Shown: positions 26,601 through 38,521 of the stretch, piece after piece
Numbering within the stretch: position 1 is the stretch's first letter
Layout: every line of letters begins with the position of its first letter
NCBI GenBank assembly: GCA_004431415.1
Contig: QPMI01000442.1
Coordinates: forward strand, 1 to 62,935
Reading direction: 5' to 3'
Origin: Cyanophora paradoxa CCMP329
Taxonomy: Eukaryota; Plantae; Glaucophyta
DNA: 62,935 nt
Translations under genes and position numbers: made by a program
Notes under the pieces: model-generated
Told to the model about the DNA's origin: nothing
The model's input: only the letters and a program-made list of their open reading frames with translations
Database searches by the model: none

Positions 26601-29319
26601 CAAAGCCTGGCAAGGACGCAAATGTGCGTACACCATCCTTATGCACAGGCGATACATAAGCCGAGCCTTCGACATCTTCTCGCCACGCTTCGCGTGGCGG
26701 GTGTGGATAACCGTAATCTGCGTCTCGGCATTTTCATCCCTGTAGCGGTGTCACCGGACGCAACAGGACATGTTAAGTAGAGAAGGCGCACAGCGCGTTG
26801 TGGACAACAAGGGCCTGCGGACACGTCTGGAAAATTTCTTTGGCAAGGCCCATGCAATGCTCACACTCCTCGAACGAAACCATGTGTTCTTTGTGCTTGT
26901 GTTTGGAAATCTGCTTGATCTTCGTGTTCGCCTCTCGCATATCATAAGCGGCGAAGCCATAGTACATGGCGTTGTAGTCCTCTTCCGTTACCTGGTCGTC
27001 CACCCCGAGGCCCTCTGCTTTCTCTGTAGCCGGGCGCGAATCGTAGGACATAAAGAAAGCAGGCTGGAGATTCATTAAGAATAAATAAAGAAGTCTTCAA
27101 GCCTACCAAGAATGCAAAACGCACCAAGCCTTTCAAAGACGAAATAATTTCATTCTTCTCTTTCATGTTGTAAAACTTGAGCATCTGCTTCTTGTGGATG
27201 TCCTTCACCTCGTCGCTCGACAACTCCGGTCCAGAAACTGAAGCGATGGAGGTTACAAGGAATCCCAAACACAAAACAGGACTCACAACAAAAAAGTGTT
27301 GTTCCTGGCACAGAAGCCTTCAGCGCCTTCATCACAGGCCGAACCTTCGTGTTGGTCTGGGTGAACCACAAGTCAGATCACAGGCCGTAAAGCATGAAGG
27401 ATATAAAGATTGAGACCTCGTACACAGGTGCCAAAGAAACGCCGATTACTGATGAAGCGGTGAACCCGTGTTTCTCAGTGGACACGGCGCACATCGCGTC
27501 GACAATATGATCAGGTTCAGCAGCGTTCTGACGGAGCACACCGAGTGGCTCCGAAGTGAACCCCTTCAAAATATGCTCTCCATTGGAACGCGTTGCAAGA
27601 TGTCCTCTAGAAGAGCATGGAAAACCTGTTGGCACATACGAGATCTCAAGGGACGGATTCTGAGAAAGACAAACATGAAGAAACGCACAGAGCCATTCCT
27701 CGCCTGGGAGAAAATCCACTGTAGGACCCGCGGATCGAGGCAATTTGTAAAGCTTGCGAAATTCCGAGTCAGACTTCGCCGGTGGTCCACAGTTCTGGGT
27801 TCGGCTGTTTCCTGTGTCAAGACAGGGTGAGCAGTACGTCGACTTGCACCTGCCACGATGAATAAGTAGCGAATACGATCGCTTAAACTGCAGAAGCGCT
27901 TAACTTCTGCTTACCACTTATTGCCACAGCTGACAACTCGCTGACCTTCGGGCACCAAGAGCCCACACGCCGAACAAACGGCGTTCTCCGCAATGTTTTC
28001 AATGAAACTCGAAATCGGTTGTGCAGCCGAGACAGCAACAGCATCCGGGGCTGTGAATCGAGGTTTGAAACGGAATTCTTTTAACTATCTCTGACAAACG
28101 TGCACCTGCAATTTCACGACGTCCGTACTTCTCAAAATGTGTTTCATACTCTTGCAGTTCCTCTTCATCCCATGGTTCTGGCTTCTTGGCTGAGAAACAG
28201 TCAGAAATGCAAATCCCACATTGCCACTGCAAAACTGTCACGGAAAACGCACGTTCGAAGGGAGCTTTCCCGGCTCTTGAGGGTGTGGGCGAGGAAGATG
28301 GCGAGCGATGGGGCGTAGAAGAGCCGCCGGGCACGGGCGAGGTGGAGCCGGCCCCCGCCGCCAGTGGCGCCTTCTCCTTCTCCTTCTTTGCCCTTTTCTC
28401 CCTCGCCATCGCAACCAAACGCTTCGAACACGTCAAAAGCTCGTGCGTCGATTTACGAAGCTGAGCCAGCGCCTCCCTGCATTTGCTGATTTCCGCATCG
28501 GTGGTAGCGACTTCGAGACGCTGTTTCAAGTCTACGATGCTCGAAAAAGAGTGTGAGAAACGAGCCATTAAAAAATCGCCTTGCAACTCCCGAAAGAGTT
28601 GGTCTGCTTCTTGATTCATCCGATTTGCCTCGGGTTGGGCTGGTCCTGCCGCTGGTGCTTGGGCTGGTGGTTGGTCTCCGCCAGGTTTGTCGAAATCCGC
28701 TTGCGGCGCAGATGGGGATACGGAGGCACTCGCATCAGCGCTAGCTGCACCCCCGGATGCTCCGGCCGCGGGTCCCTCCAACGGTAATATTCCAGCAGAA
28801 AGGTTTTCGGCTCCACCTGAAGACAAATCAGCCAAGACCAGCGCGATCCAAGACGATCCCACCTAGTGGTGGCCGGGTACTGTCTGAAAGTTGGGCTGTT
28901 TCTGCGAGAGAATTGACATCCTGTTGTATTTCGGGATCATGATCAGCATAGTAGTCGGGCAGAAAATGGAATGAATCTCCTAATTCGGTTATCTACTTGA
29001 AGTTCGTTAGGAACAGAGGTGCCAAGGCCTGACGGCCGAAAGAGCCGCGTCCGCAGTTGGTTCGCACCCGCGATTGCAATTGCTTGGGATCCTCGCCCGC
29101 GGCCGGATCCGGATCCATAGCAGCCGCGCGCGCCAACCGGGCTGCCGTGCCGCAACAAGTTCAGATTCTGTAGCTTGTCGTACTCGAAATGGAACGCGCC
29201 GTCAAAGTTCCAACCGGCGCGACCGTGCACGTTGAGAAGCGAGTTCAAAGCCACCCGAAGATGAACTGCGCCAGAAGACAAAGCGTTTCATGCTCAGGTT
29301 ATCCGAAAACATCACGCAT
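23638..29319 (-). CDS. Long spliced protein ending in a PR-Set7/SETD8-like SET domain
   Basis: C-terminal exons (~23690-24240) translate as PKGMGAIAAKRIVIGT...LISVYRGHL...HYYLYEF...LDATTGNGLARIINHGPKGSANL...IAFFALRDINEGEEVLYDYNDRD, paralleling the SETD8 blocks KGRGVIAT, VDAT...LGRLINHS and ASRDIAAGEELLYDYGDR. No Cys post-SET. Continuity with upstream exons needs 1-bp corrections at ~25192 and ~27997; otherwise this is 2-3 genes. Confidence 0.7.
25241..25492 (-). repeat. Coding microrepeats: 12-bp unit (GRGR)n and 21-bp unit (EEGGEQG)n
   Basis: ccgcggcctctg x~5 (25241-25305) and ctcgccgccctcctcgccttg x~5.5 (25377-25492), both inside ORF 25179-25538. Confidence 0.92.
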
Positions 29320-29879
29320 AGGCGGAATACTCCGGGATCCGCACCAATCAAGAAGATTAGCTATTCCGATTGACCACACTGATTGAACAAGTAGATGTAA
29401 AGCCGCCCGAATGACCACACTGAGCAAGTTGCGGCCCGGTTGCAAGTTGCGGCCCGGTTGCCTTTTGGGGGGGTACCCGCACGCAGCCCGGGGCGACGGG
29501 CCGGCGGCGTGCCGGTACGGTGCGGACTCTACGCTGTGCGGACTCTATACTAGTTGGACCTTGCAGGCAACAGGAGAGCTAGTTGCAGTGCGGGCAAACA
29601 TGCATATGCAGGCCGCCTCTCCCAAGCTAGTTACATCGCAGCTATAGCTAGCAGGAGAAGTTTTTCGGCCTACCGTCCATGTGACTAAGCGGTACACGAG
29701 GAGCAGCACTCCGGATTCCTCAGCCAGCCTTCAAACGACCATTTGCAGTTCGCGCGTACGAGCGGCCAGAAGCAGCCCCGGGCGCTTCGAAGAAAGGAAG
29801 AGGGCCGGCTAGCTACCTTGCAGTCGCTCCCCGCCGCGACGATGCTCTCGCCAGCCGTACGTCGGCGACAAAAACCAAT

Positions 29880-30255
29880 ATGCATGCAAAAACGAGGTGC
29901 GCTGAGAAACCTACACTAGCTGCGGCTCAGAACGAACTCAACGATCTCTTTAAATCACATGCCGCTAACGTTGCGCTTGTCTGCGGCACCCCTCGAGCAG
30001 GTTTGGGTCACATCGCCAGAACCGTGCACTCGCAGCCACCGACAGCGATCTGCCTACGTATACGTATACGTGCGCACCGATCAGCAAAGCCAGAAACAAG
30101 CGGTCGTCGAGCGCACCAGGATAACAAGGCGCCGACGTGCCATAGCGGTCATTCTGTCCATTCCGGCGACGCTGTTTAGTCAGCTTATGTCGACACTGAA
30201 GTGGTTTTATACCGTAAAAGCGCACCGAGACCTGCCGCGGGCGCCGTGGTGGTGA
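29880..30255 (+). CDS. Small hypothetical spliced ORF
   Basis: ATG-initiated ORF with an intron-like gtatacg...cag segment; no homology recognised. Confidence 0.25.
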
Positions 30256-30865
30256 GCTGGCTGCAGGTCTTTCTCTTACCTGATCTGGTGGTGCAAAGTT
30301 AGGGGCGCGAAGCGCAGTGCCTGGGCCGGGAGGCAGCACGAATAGTTTATATCTAACATTGAGAAAGCGAAGTACGCACGTCTGGGCGGCGGGGCTCAGT
30401 TTCCCGGGCGGCGGTCCGGCCCGCTGCGCGGCGGCGAGGCCGGGCGCGCCACCCGCTGCGCGGCGGCGGGTCAGGTCTTGCACGGGGATAGTGCACATGC
30501 ATACCAAAGTGGTGGCGTACCGTTAGAGGCACCTGGCGTCCGAGAAGAGCGAGGTGCGACGGAAACGCGATGGGGGAAAACTGATCTGGGAACGCGCGAC
30601 CGCTTCCTGTGAGCGGAACAATCTATCATTCAACATTCATTCAGCTCGGACCCGCGGCCGGATCCCTCGAGGACTCAGTCAGGGCCAGCTCGTTGCAAGA
30701 GGCGAAAACGAGGACGAAACGCCAGAGGCAGCTTGCAAGTTGCAAGGCGGTCTTGCAAGGCGGTCTTGCGCATGCAAGGCGGTCTTGTAAGCCGGCCTAG
30801 CGCTTTGGCTATAGCTAGGTTTTGACCCCGCTTGCACTGTACCCCAGCTGTTTTTTGGGGGCCAA

Positions 30866-33806
30866 ATGGCCGGGCCGCTTGTTGACCATGCCGGCGCCAG
30901 CGCTAGCTGTAGCGGGCCTGCGCCACGATCCGCATTGGCTGATGGCCGCGTGCGATCTTTATCAGACTTCCCTGAAGACCTCTTGATCAAGCTCACAACA
31001 GAAGTCGGCATCGTCGACGCCTTAGGAAATGGCTCGATGAAGCTAAGCCGGTTCATGAAGCAAATCGTTGAAAAGCAAGCTTGGCCGGAGCTCCAGCTTA
31101 CGTCGTGCTCTGCGTTCGGGCATGGACGATATGTGCAAGATGCCGTCTGGGCTCAAGTCTTGGACCGCTTGATTGCCAGCGCTCAAGATGGCCGCCTCAG
31201 TGTTCGGGGACTTGCAATTGAAGCGCAACGATTTCCCCGAAATGGCACCGTCTTCATTGCAAGGGTGCGCGGCGGCGTCGACCTCGGGCAAACATGAAAT
31301 TAAAATCGCAATCGCAAAATCGCATGACCAAAGAGTTGCGTTCGAAAACAGATTCCTTCGCTACTTCGAATTTTATCTCAACAGCGTGCGGGTTTACAGG
31401 AAGTCCGAATCAGCCACCCTGACTTCGCTCGCAATCTGGCAGCGGGATCCCGCTGTAGGTAAGCCTCAGGCGCAATTCTCTAAAACGCAGATGTATGCAA
31501 CTGAAGATTTGCACCTCAGGATTCCCTGGGAACTGAAGCGTAATGCGGTGGTACCGCCGAAGAAGTATCCAGCCCTACGCTTCAGTCCTGACGAATCTGA
31601 AACAATCGAACTCGATCCCGACCCTGAACGTACTAACAGCAAAGATGACATTGACATTCCCTCTGACGACGTCGGCTCGCTTGGATCGTCCGCCGAAAAC
31701 GAGCTCTGTGACTGGGATAACAAGCGCGTTTCACTGGATCCCCCCGGACTTCACTCCGACGACTTTATGAGCGGCGATGGCGAAGACTGCTTTATTCCAC
31801 ACCGTGCACTAGGCGAGGCTGCTACTATTCGTACGGCACTGTATCCGCGGCATAGGTATATACAAGATATCCTGGCCAGTATCACGAGTTCGTCCTCAAC
31901 ACTACAACTGCTTTCAGTTGATCTGAACATTGATGTGATACGAAATAATTTCTTTGGAATGCCGCCACGTGCGTGTACGGGGCATTTCAGTTTTTGAAAT
32001 ATTGACCCTGGAAGCAGTCGGTACACGCCGGAAAAAGTTGTTCGAGGCACTCACCCGACTCGTTAAAATCGAACATCTCGATATATCTGGCAGTTTCGTC
32101 GTTGACGCCGAGTTCATCACCGAGCTACACCAGAGTATCGAGCCATCTGCTTGCATTTGGCGGTCGCTTGGACTGTCAGTCGGAATTCTATCGAAGCCAG
32201 TTGACGGGCACGAGAACAGCCGTCAGTTTAGAGCAGTGGAGTTCAATGCTTACAGAGAAACTGCGGTCCGGGCCGCTGAAACTATCGCTCGTCGGTTCCC
32301 CGCGCTGGAAGTGCGTGCTCGCTTCATTGCGTTGTTGTTTTCTGCACCTGTGGCTTATCATACTCGAGCAGGAGCTGAGATTTCTCACACCGCAAGCGTT
32401 CAAGGGAGTCCAGAATATGGAGCAATACATAGCTCTCCCCAGCCGGGGACTTACAGCACTATTTACCTTGAAAACGCTGAAGGCCCTTCAGATCGGTCCG
32501 CACATATCCCTTATAATTACCGAGTTGTCCCTCCAGATTGGACGGAGCGTTAGATATCATATACTGACATTGTAGCGTTAGATATCTTTTCTCTAATAGA
32601 CGCGAACCACGGGAGAGAGAGTTTCAGAACAAGCCCGATCAAGTACCTCTCCGTTATCGAATGTGACCGGCGGCAAGCGAGGGACCAACATAGCTCAGAA
32701 GCTTTGCGGGCGCTGATAGCGGTCATTTTTGCGTCACTCGTGGCTTACTGTCCTGTGCGTTCGAATTCATGTGTTTAACTGCCAACGGGCGCACATGCAG
32801 TTGACGACTGTGCCTCCCCTAGGATTCTCTCAGACATCTCACCTTGATGAGCAAAACATGGTTTTCTATGAACATCATGACGTCTGTTGCCCTGATTACC
32901 AATTTAACGTCTCTCGTGCTCAACATCGACATGACGCATTCCGCGACTCCGCGCCCTAAAGGCTATCGCTGTTCTGGGTGCTTCCACCAACACGTAAACA
33001 ACATGGACGATGAGCAGTTGTATCGAGAACGGGATCACAATTCGGCAGCGGCTAATCTGGAATCCCTGCAAATGATCCGAGCCTTGACCTACCTCGAGCT
33101 GAGGCTCTCAGGATGCAAGCATCGCCTTGTCAGCTTTTTGGAAGCTCTCGTCCTCAAGAAAGTGTTCAATGCACTGAAAGCTGTTAAAACTTTCACTCTC
33201 AGCATACATCACACACGCATCGCATACGGACTTCCAAAATTGCAGAATGTCGACGTGTCAACGCCAACGTACGAGATCGGAACTGCACTTCAAGAGTTTG
33301 ATAAAGCCGACGAATTAGTTGCACAGCAAGCAGCAGCGGTCATTTCGACGTATTCGGATAGAATCACATCATATCGTCGTGTTGGTAGTCTTCCAGTCGT
33401 TGAGGAGTGCAAGGCTATTCAAAAGGCCAGCGCGTCGTTGGTGCAAGTTGGCCTATTTTTCAGCCCATCACGTCGAATGCGGAATTCGTACACAAGCGAT
33501 TCTGCAGTATTGGCTGATCTCGAACGTACTCTCGAACCGCTTCGCGGGGCCCCTCCCCCTCCTCCATTGTGCCGCGCCCGCCGCGACATTTTTTTCAGGG
33601 CATCCCTCTTCCAGAATCCCAGCTATGCTGCGGCATGTCTTGTTGATTTCTTCTCCGGGATTTGCCTCAAACAGAACGATTTTGTAGGACCTTCCGGCCC
33701 CTGGCGAGTGCATATTACGAAGCATCGACATCCAATGCTCACAACAAACGAGCACGAGAGACCGAGCTCTCGCTACGTCAACGACGCTCCTCGGTTCTTT
33801 GTGTAA
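30866..33806 (+). CDS. F-box-like / LRR-like protein A
   Basis: N-terminal LSDFPEDLLIKL...; LRR-like LxxLxL units (IEHLDISG, LKALQI, LTSLVL, LTYLELRLSG); architecture shared with the genes at 41.6 kb and 58.6 kb. Confidence 0.68.
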
Positions 33807-34390
33807 TCATCATGCTAAATTTTAATTCAGGCTTTGGCTCCTGACGTGAAAAAAGCCTAGGAATGCTACTGAATATCTATATATAGCTATACGCAATCTT
33901 AACCGTGCGCGGCCGTGGGCCGGGCTAGTCACGCACTGTACTAGTCACGCACAGGAAGGGCACATGCTCGACTTACGGGATCACCGAATCCCTCGCGACG
34001 TAGCAACGATGCAACCGGGCCGGGGTTGCACCTGTCATTTCAGTGACGCGTAGCGGGGAAGGCCGGCAATCCCCGAGAACGCGCACGTCGACAAAGCTGC
34101 CCTCGTTCTCGAGCCGCGGTAAACGTCGCGGCGTGTATAGAGCAATCAGCGCTGTCGGCTCCGCTGTCGGCTGTCGGCTCCGGTGGATCTCTCCAGCGTC
34201 TTCAGGCCTTAACTTCGTCTTCGCCATGCTGCGCGCCGCGCAACGACTTGGACGAAACCGTGGCCGAGGCCGTGGCGCGGCTTTGCCGTCGGCGCCAGCT
34301 TCGCCGCCGCTGCTTCGCCGCAGCTTCGCCGCTTCGCGAGCTTCGCCGCTTCGGCCCATGAGGGGTACGAGGGGCTTCGGCCCGCGAGTC

Positions 34391-37300
34391 ATGAAACGTG
34401 GCCGCGAAGTGGATGAAGCACTGGCGAAAGTCGAACGGGCGGAGACGGAACTGGTCAAAGCGCGGGCTGAGCTCGCCGAAGTGCTGCTCGCGCTCGAGCG
34501 GCCGGCTGCGGCCACCACACCGGAGACGGCGACCGCAAGCAGGGACATGGAGCTTGTCGAACTCATCGACATCACCGATTCCGAGTCCGATGAGCCAGGC
34601 CCTTCGACTCCGGCGGCCTCCTACTTGCATGTGAGCGCGTGCTTATCGGCGGGTGCCTGTCCCCCTTCACCCCTCTGCAGGAGATCCGGGGCCAGGCGAA
34701 AACCGCTGTTGCACCGCCGGCGACACCGGCAGCGGTCATCCCTCCGGAGTCACTTGGGCGCCTGACAACCTTGACCCCTCTGCAGGAGATTCACGTCCTG
34801 AAGCAGGTGCTGGAACCGTGTCCGTCACCCGTCGCCAACGTCGCCTTCGCAAGGGGCGCCTGCCGTGCGCCCCGCCCCTTCCCCCCCCGGCGCGAGCCCG
34901 GAGCGCCGGCGATCAAGCGCGAGGCCGGAGCGCCGGCGATCAAGCGCGAGCACGAGGCATGCGCAGCGCCTCCGGCAGCGCCGCAGGCCGAGCCCGGAGC
35001 GCCGGCGATCAAGCGCGAGGCCGGAGCGCCGGCGATCAATTGCAAGCGTGAGCGCAAGGCAGCGCCTCCGGCAGCGCCGCAGGCCGCCGTGGTCAAGCGG
35101 GGGCGCGCAGCGGAGGCGCCGCCGGCCGCGGCGACCGCGGCGGAGCGGCCGCCGCACTCCGCCCCGTCGGCCCGCCCCGTCTTCGTCAAGCGCGAGCCGG
35201 AGGCGCCGCACGCGGCCCGCCCCGTCTTCGTCAAGCGCGAGCCGGAGGCGCCGCCCGCGCGCCCGCGCCCCGCCCGGGGGCACGCATCCTCCTCCCCTCC
35301 TCCGGCCCCCGCCCCCGCCGCGGCTGCCGCGCCGGCGGCGGCAGCGACAACGGTCATCGCGCCCGACGCACTCGTGCGCGCCTCTTCCTCCTCCGCCCCT
35401 CCCCGGCGCCGGCTGACCGCTCCAGGCGCTCCCGCAGGAGGTGCGCGTGCTGGAGCAGGTGCTCGAGCCGCGGCCCTCGCCCGTCGCCGCCCTCGCCTTC
35501 TCATGGGGCGCCTGCCGTGCGCCCCCCGTCCACCGGCCCCCGCGCGCCTCACGCCGCGCAGCGCTCTCGGGCCCCGCCGTGAGCGACTCCATCGTGAGCC
35601 TACACCGTTGTGGCAAGGCGCAGAAGTACCACTGGCGCCGGCCGGCGCCGGAGGAGGCCCCCGTGCAGGAGCCGCCGCCGCCAGGCCCCCTCGACATCGT
35701 CGGCATGGTCCCCATCGTGCGCCCCCGGGCCCTCTCCCCCCTTGCGCTGCGCCGCCTCACGGGCCCCGCAGGAGATCGACCTCGACATGGACCCCATCCT
35801 CGCCTGCCCCCGCGGGCCCATGGTCCCCGTGCCCCAGCCCGCCGCCCCAGCCCCCGGTGCGGCGGCTGCCGGCGCCGCCCCGGGCAGAGCGGCCTCGGTG
35901 GAGGTACCAGCAGCACCAGCGGCGGCAGCGCCGGCGGCCCCCACAGCGGCGCCGGCATCGCCGCCGCCCGCATTGCAGCCCCTCGGCGGGTCCTTCTCGC
36001 AGCCTTCGGCAGCACTGGCGGTGCCGGCGGCACCGGCACTGATGTTCACGCACGCGCTGGAGCTGCCGACGGAGGCGCTGCAGCGCGTCGGGCCGCAGCG
36101 CCCTGCGCACGCCCTCCCCGCCCTCGCCCTCTCCCGCGTGCGCCCTCCCACCCGCCCGCCGGCCGCCAGACTCCGCACTGACGCCGGCGCAGAACGACGC
36201 GTACATGATCGCCTCCCTTGGCACCGCGGGGTACCTCTTCAGGTGCCCCGCACGTCCAGCCGCCGCGCTCCTGGGGCCCTGACGCGGGCGCTCCTGGCGA
36301 GGGGCAGCGTGTACGGGCGGCACGCGCGCTGGGAGCGGTTCGGGCTGATGCGGAGCGACGCGGAGGGGCCTGGGGCGAACCCCCAGTGGCCCACCGCCAT
36401 CGCCTTCAGCCTCCACGACAACAACGTCGTTCTCGTCGGCACACAGGTGCCCGCCCGCCCGCTCCTTGCCCTCCAGCTACTTGCTTCTCTCAGATCGCCC
36501 CGCGTAGACGGGTCGCGTGCGGATCTCAAACCTCAAGAGCCGGCGACCTGTGGTGGAGTGCGCCGCCGGCCTCGGGCCCAGCGGCGAGACGGTGCCCGTG
36601 GCAGCGGTGCTGCCAACGGTCTGCCGGGCGCCCTCGTGGGCGTGGTGGGTGAACCCGGGCCTCCCGGCGCCCCGCCCCGCCCCGCTGGACGCCTCCACCC
36701 CGACCCCACCGCCGAGGGTCGCTGGATCTACTGCACCTTTGCTGCCTCTGGGACGTGCGTGATTCGACCTGTGCCCCCTTCCCGCCGACCCGTCCTCGCC
36801 TCCAGCGGGCGGCGCAGAAGCCTGTTGGCACTCTTCATGCCCTCCGCCGAGTTGCTAAACGTGCAGCCGCCTGAGGGCGCCGGCCCCACACCGGACTGCA
36901 GTCCGCCCCTTCCACCTTTCCTATCTCAGCGCGGCGTCTTCTGACCTAGCACGCAGCACTGGCGCAGCTGGACCTCGCGGGGACCGCCCCGCATGGATCC
37001 ACCGCCCGCGTCGTCCCCGGCGGTGCGCGCCTCGCCCACCCGCGCCGCTGAGCAAAGAACCCTCCGGGTGCAGGAGTGCATTTCTTCCTGCAGGGGTTTG
37101 ACCCGGCGCGGCGCACACCGCCGGCACCACCGCTGCCGCGGCGCCCCGGGGCCCGCCGCCTCCCCGCCACTGCCGTTCGGGCTGCCGCCGGTGGACCTCC
37201 CGGAGGAGGAGACACGGCTGGCACAGCTCGTGGCGGTGACCTTTGAGGACCGCCTTGTGCTCGCCCGCCTGCGCCCGCTCCCCGCTGGCCCCGTCCCCAT

Positions 37301-37835
37301 GGCCCTCCAGATCGTCCACGCCGCGCCCCTTCCCCGGGGCTACACCCGCTTCGAAGCCTCCGCTCTCTCTGCCGATGCAGGTGCCCTTTTCGTCCTCGCC
37401 ACCCGGTCGAGGAAAGGGCAGTCCCTACTCGTCTTCGACCTCTCCCCGGGCCCCGCCAACCTCGCCTGGACTCTGCCGCCGGGCCGCCTCGCCCATCCTG
37501 CCTGCACCCTCAACCTACGTGCCGCCATCCGGCCCCGCCTGCGCACCGCCAGCGACGGCTCCCCCGGGGCGCCTCCCGCACCCGTGGATGCCCACATCGC
37601 CACCTGCCTAGCTGCCTCACCCAAAAACCCCAGTCTGGTGCAACTTCTCACCGGTACCCGAATCTGCTGGACTGACAGTCCCGCAGGTCGCGGTGGGCAC
37701 GCGAGGGGGGGCAACAACCCTTCTCCGCATCCCGGAGCCATTCCTGCGCATGCGGGGGCCGCAGCCCTATCTGTAGGCTTGATTTCGAATTCGAAATTGC
37801 ACCTCATGAAGCTCGTGTCTCGTATACGTAGCTAG
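34391..37835 (+). CDS. GC-rich spliced hypothetical protein: coiled-coil and SIM-like N-terminus, repeated psi-K-R-E motifs, possible beta-propeller C-terminus
   Basis: MKRGREVDEAL...ELVELIDITDSESDE; IKRE x3 and VKRE x2; clear gtgag/gtgcg...cag introns; later PTAIAFS..NNVVLVGT, GRWIYCTF and LLVFDL strands. The fold call is weak. Confidence 0.6.
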
Positions 37836-38340
37836 TGACCCTGAGCGTAGACCAAGCCCAGCCCTGATGATGAAGCCCTCAAAGTCGAGTCGTAGTCATG
37901 AAGCTAGTGAACACTAATCCCCCGCTAAGCCGAGACCCTCAAGATCCGATTATCATGATCTTGACGTGACTCTGGCCGACTCGGCAAGGGCCTTGTGATC
38001 ATGATGAACTTCAGAAGCACTACGCCGAGCCCCTCAGGCCTAATAATTAAATGATCATGAAGCCTTGAGCTCATGTGGCGGGGCCTCCGACTCGGCGAGG
38101 CTCGCAGAGCCTCGGAGTCGACAGCTTCCTTTCAAGTTTCAAGTTTGGCTCCCTGATTATCACATATGGTGATCATGACTCAGTGACTCGTGATCATGAT
38201 CAGTGACCGTCGCACACTGACGACGTCATGCCATGATGGAGGCTCTGAGGTCGAGCCTTACCGTACCCTAGTACTGAGTCATGATCAGGGCCTTGCTGCC
38301 TCGTAACCCCTTGACTCAGTGATCATAATGATCATGTCAT
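37800..38340. repeat. TCATGA/TGATCA palindrome-rich intergenic tract related to 11870-12670
   Basis: About 8 TCATGA by hand count; shares aagctcgtgtctcgta, gcagagcctcggag, cgactcggcgag and tgatcatgaagcct with the 12-kb tract. Confidence 0.75.
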
Positions 38341-38521
38341 GCCGCAGTGCGTACTAGCTATATACCCATTTCGCCATTCGCGATCGGTGCAAGCTTCAAT
38401 TGCAAGGAAAGATTCAAGTCCTTGGCAAGCACAAATAAGGTACATCGTACACTCTTGGCCACTGTGAATCTTTCGTAATGTAGTAAAACCCTGGCAGCAG
38501 CTCCGCCTGCACAGGCGCAAA

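Noticed and set aside
34639-36420. Long overlapping ORFs on both strands (e.g. 34825-36039 -, 34791-35552 -)
   Set aside because: Stop-codon scarcity in very GC-rich DNA explains them; the splice signals support only a + strand gene.
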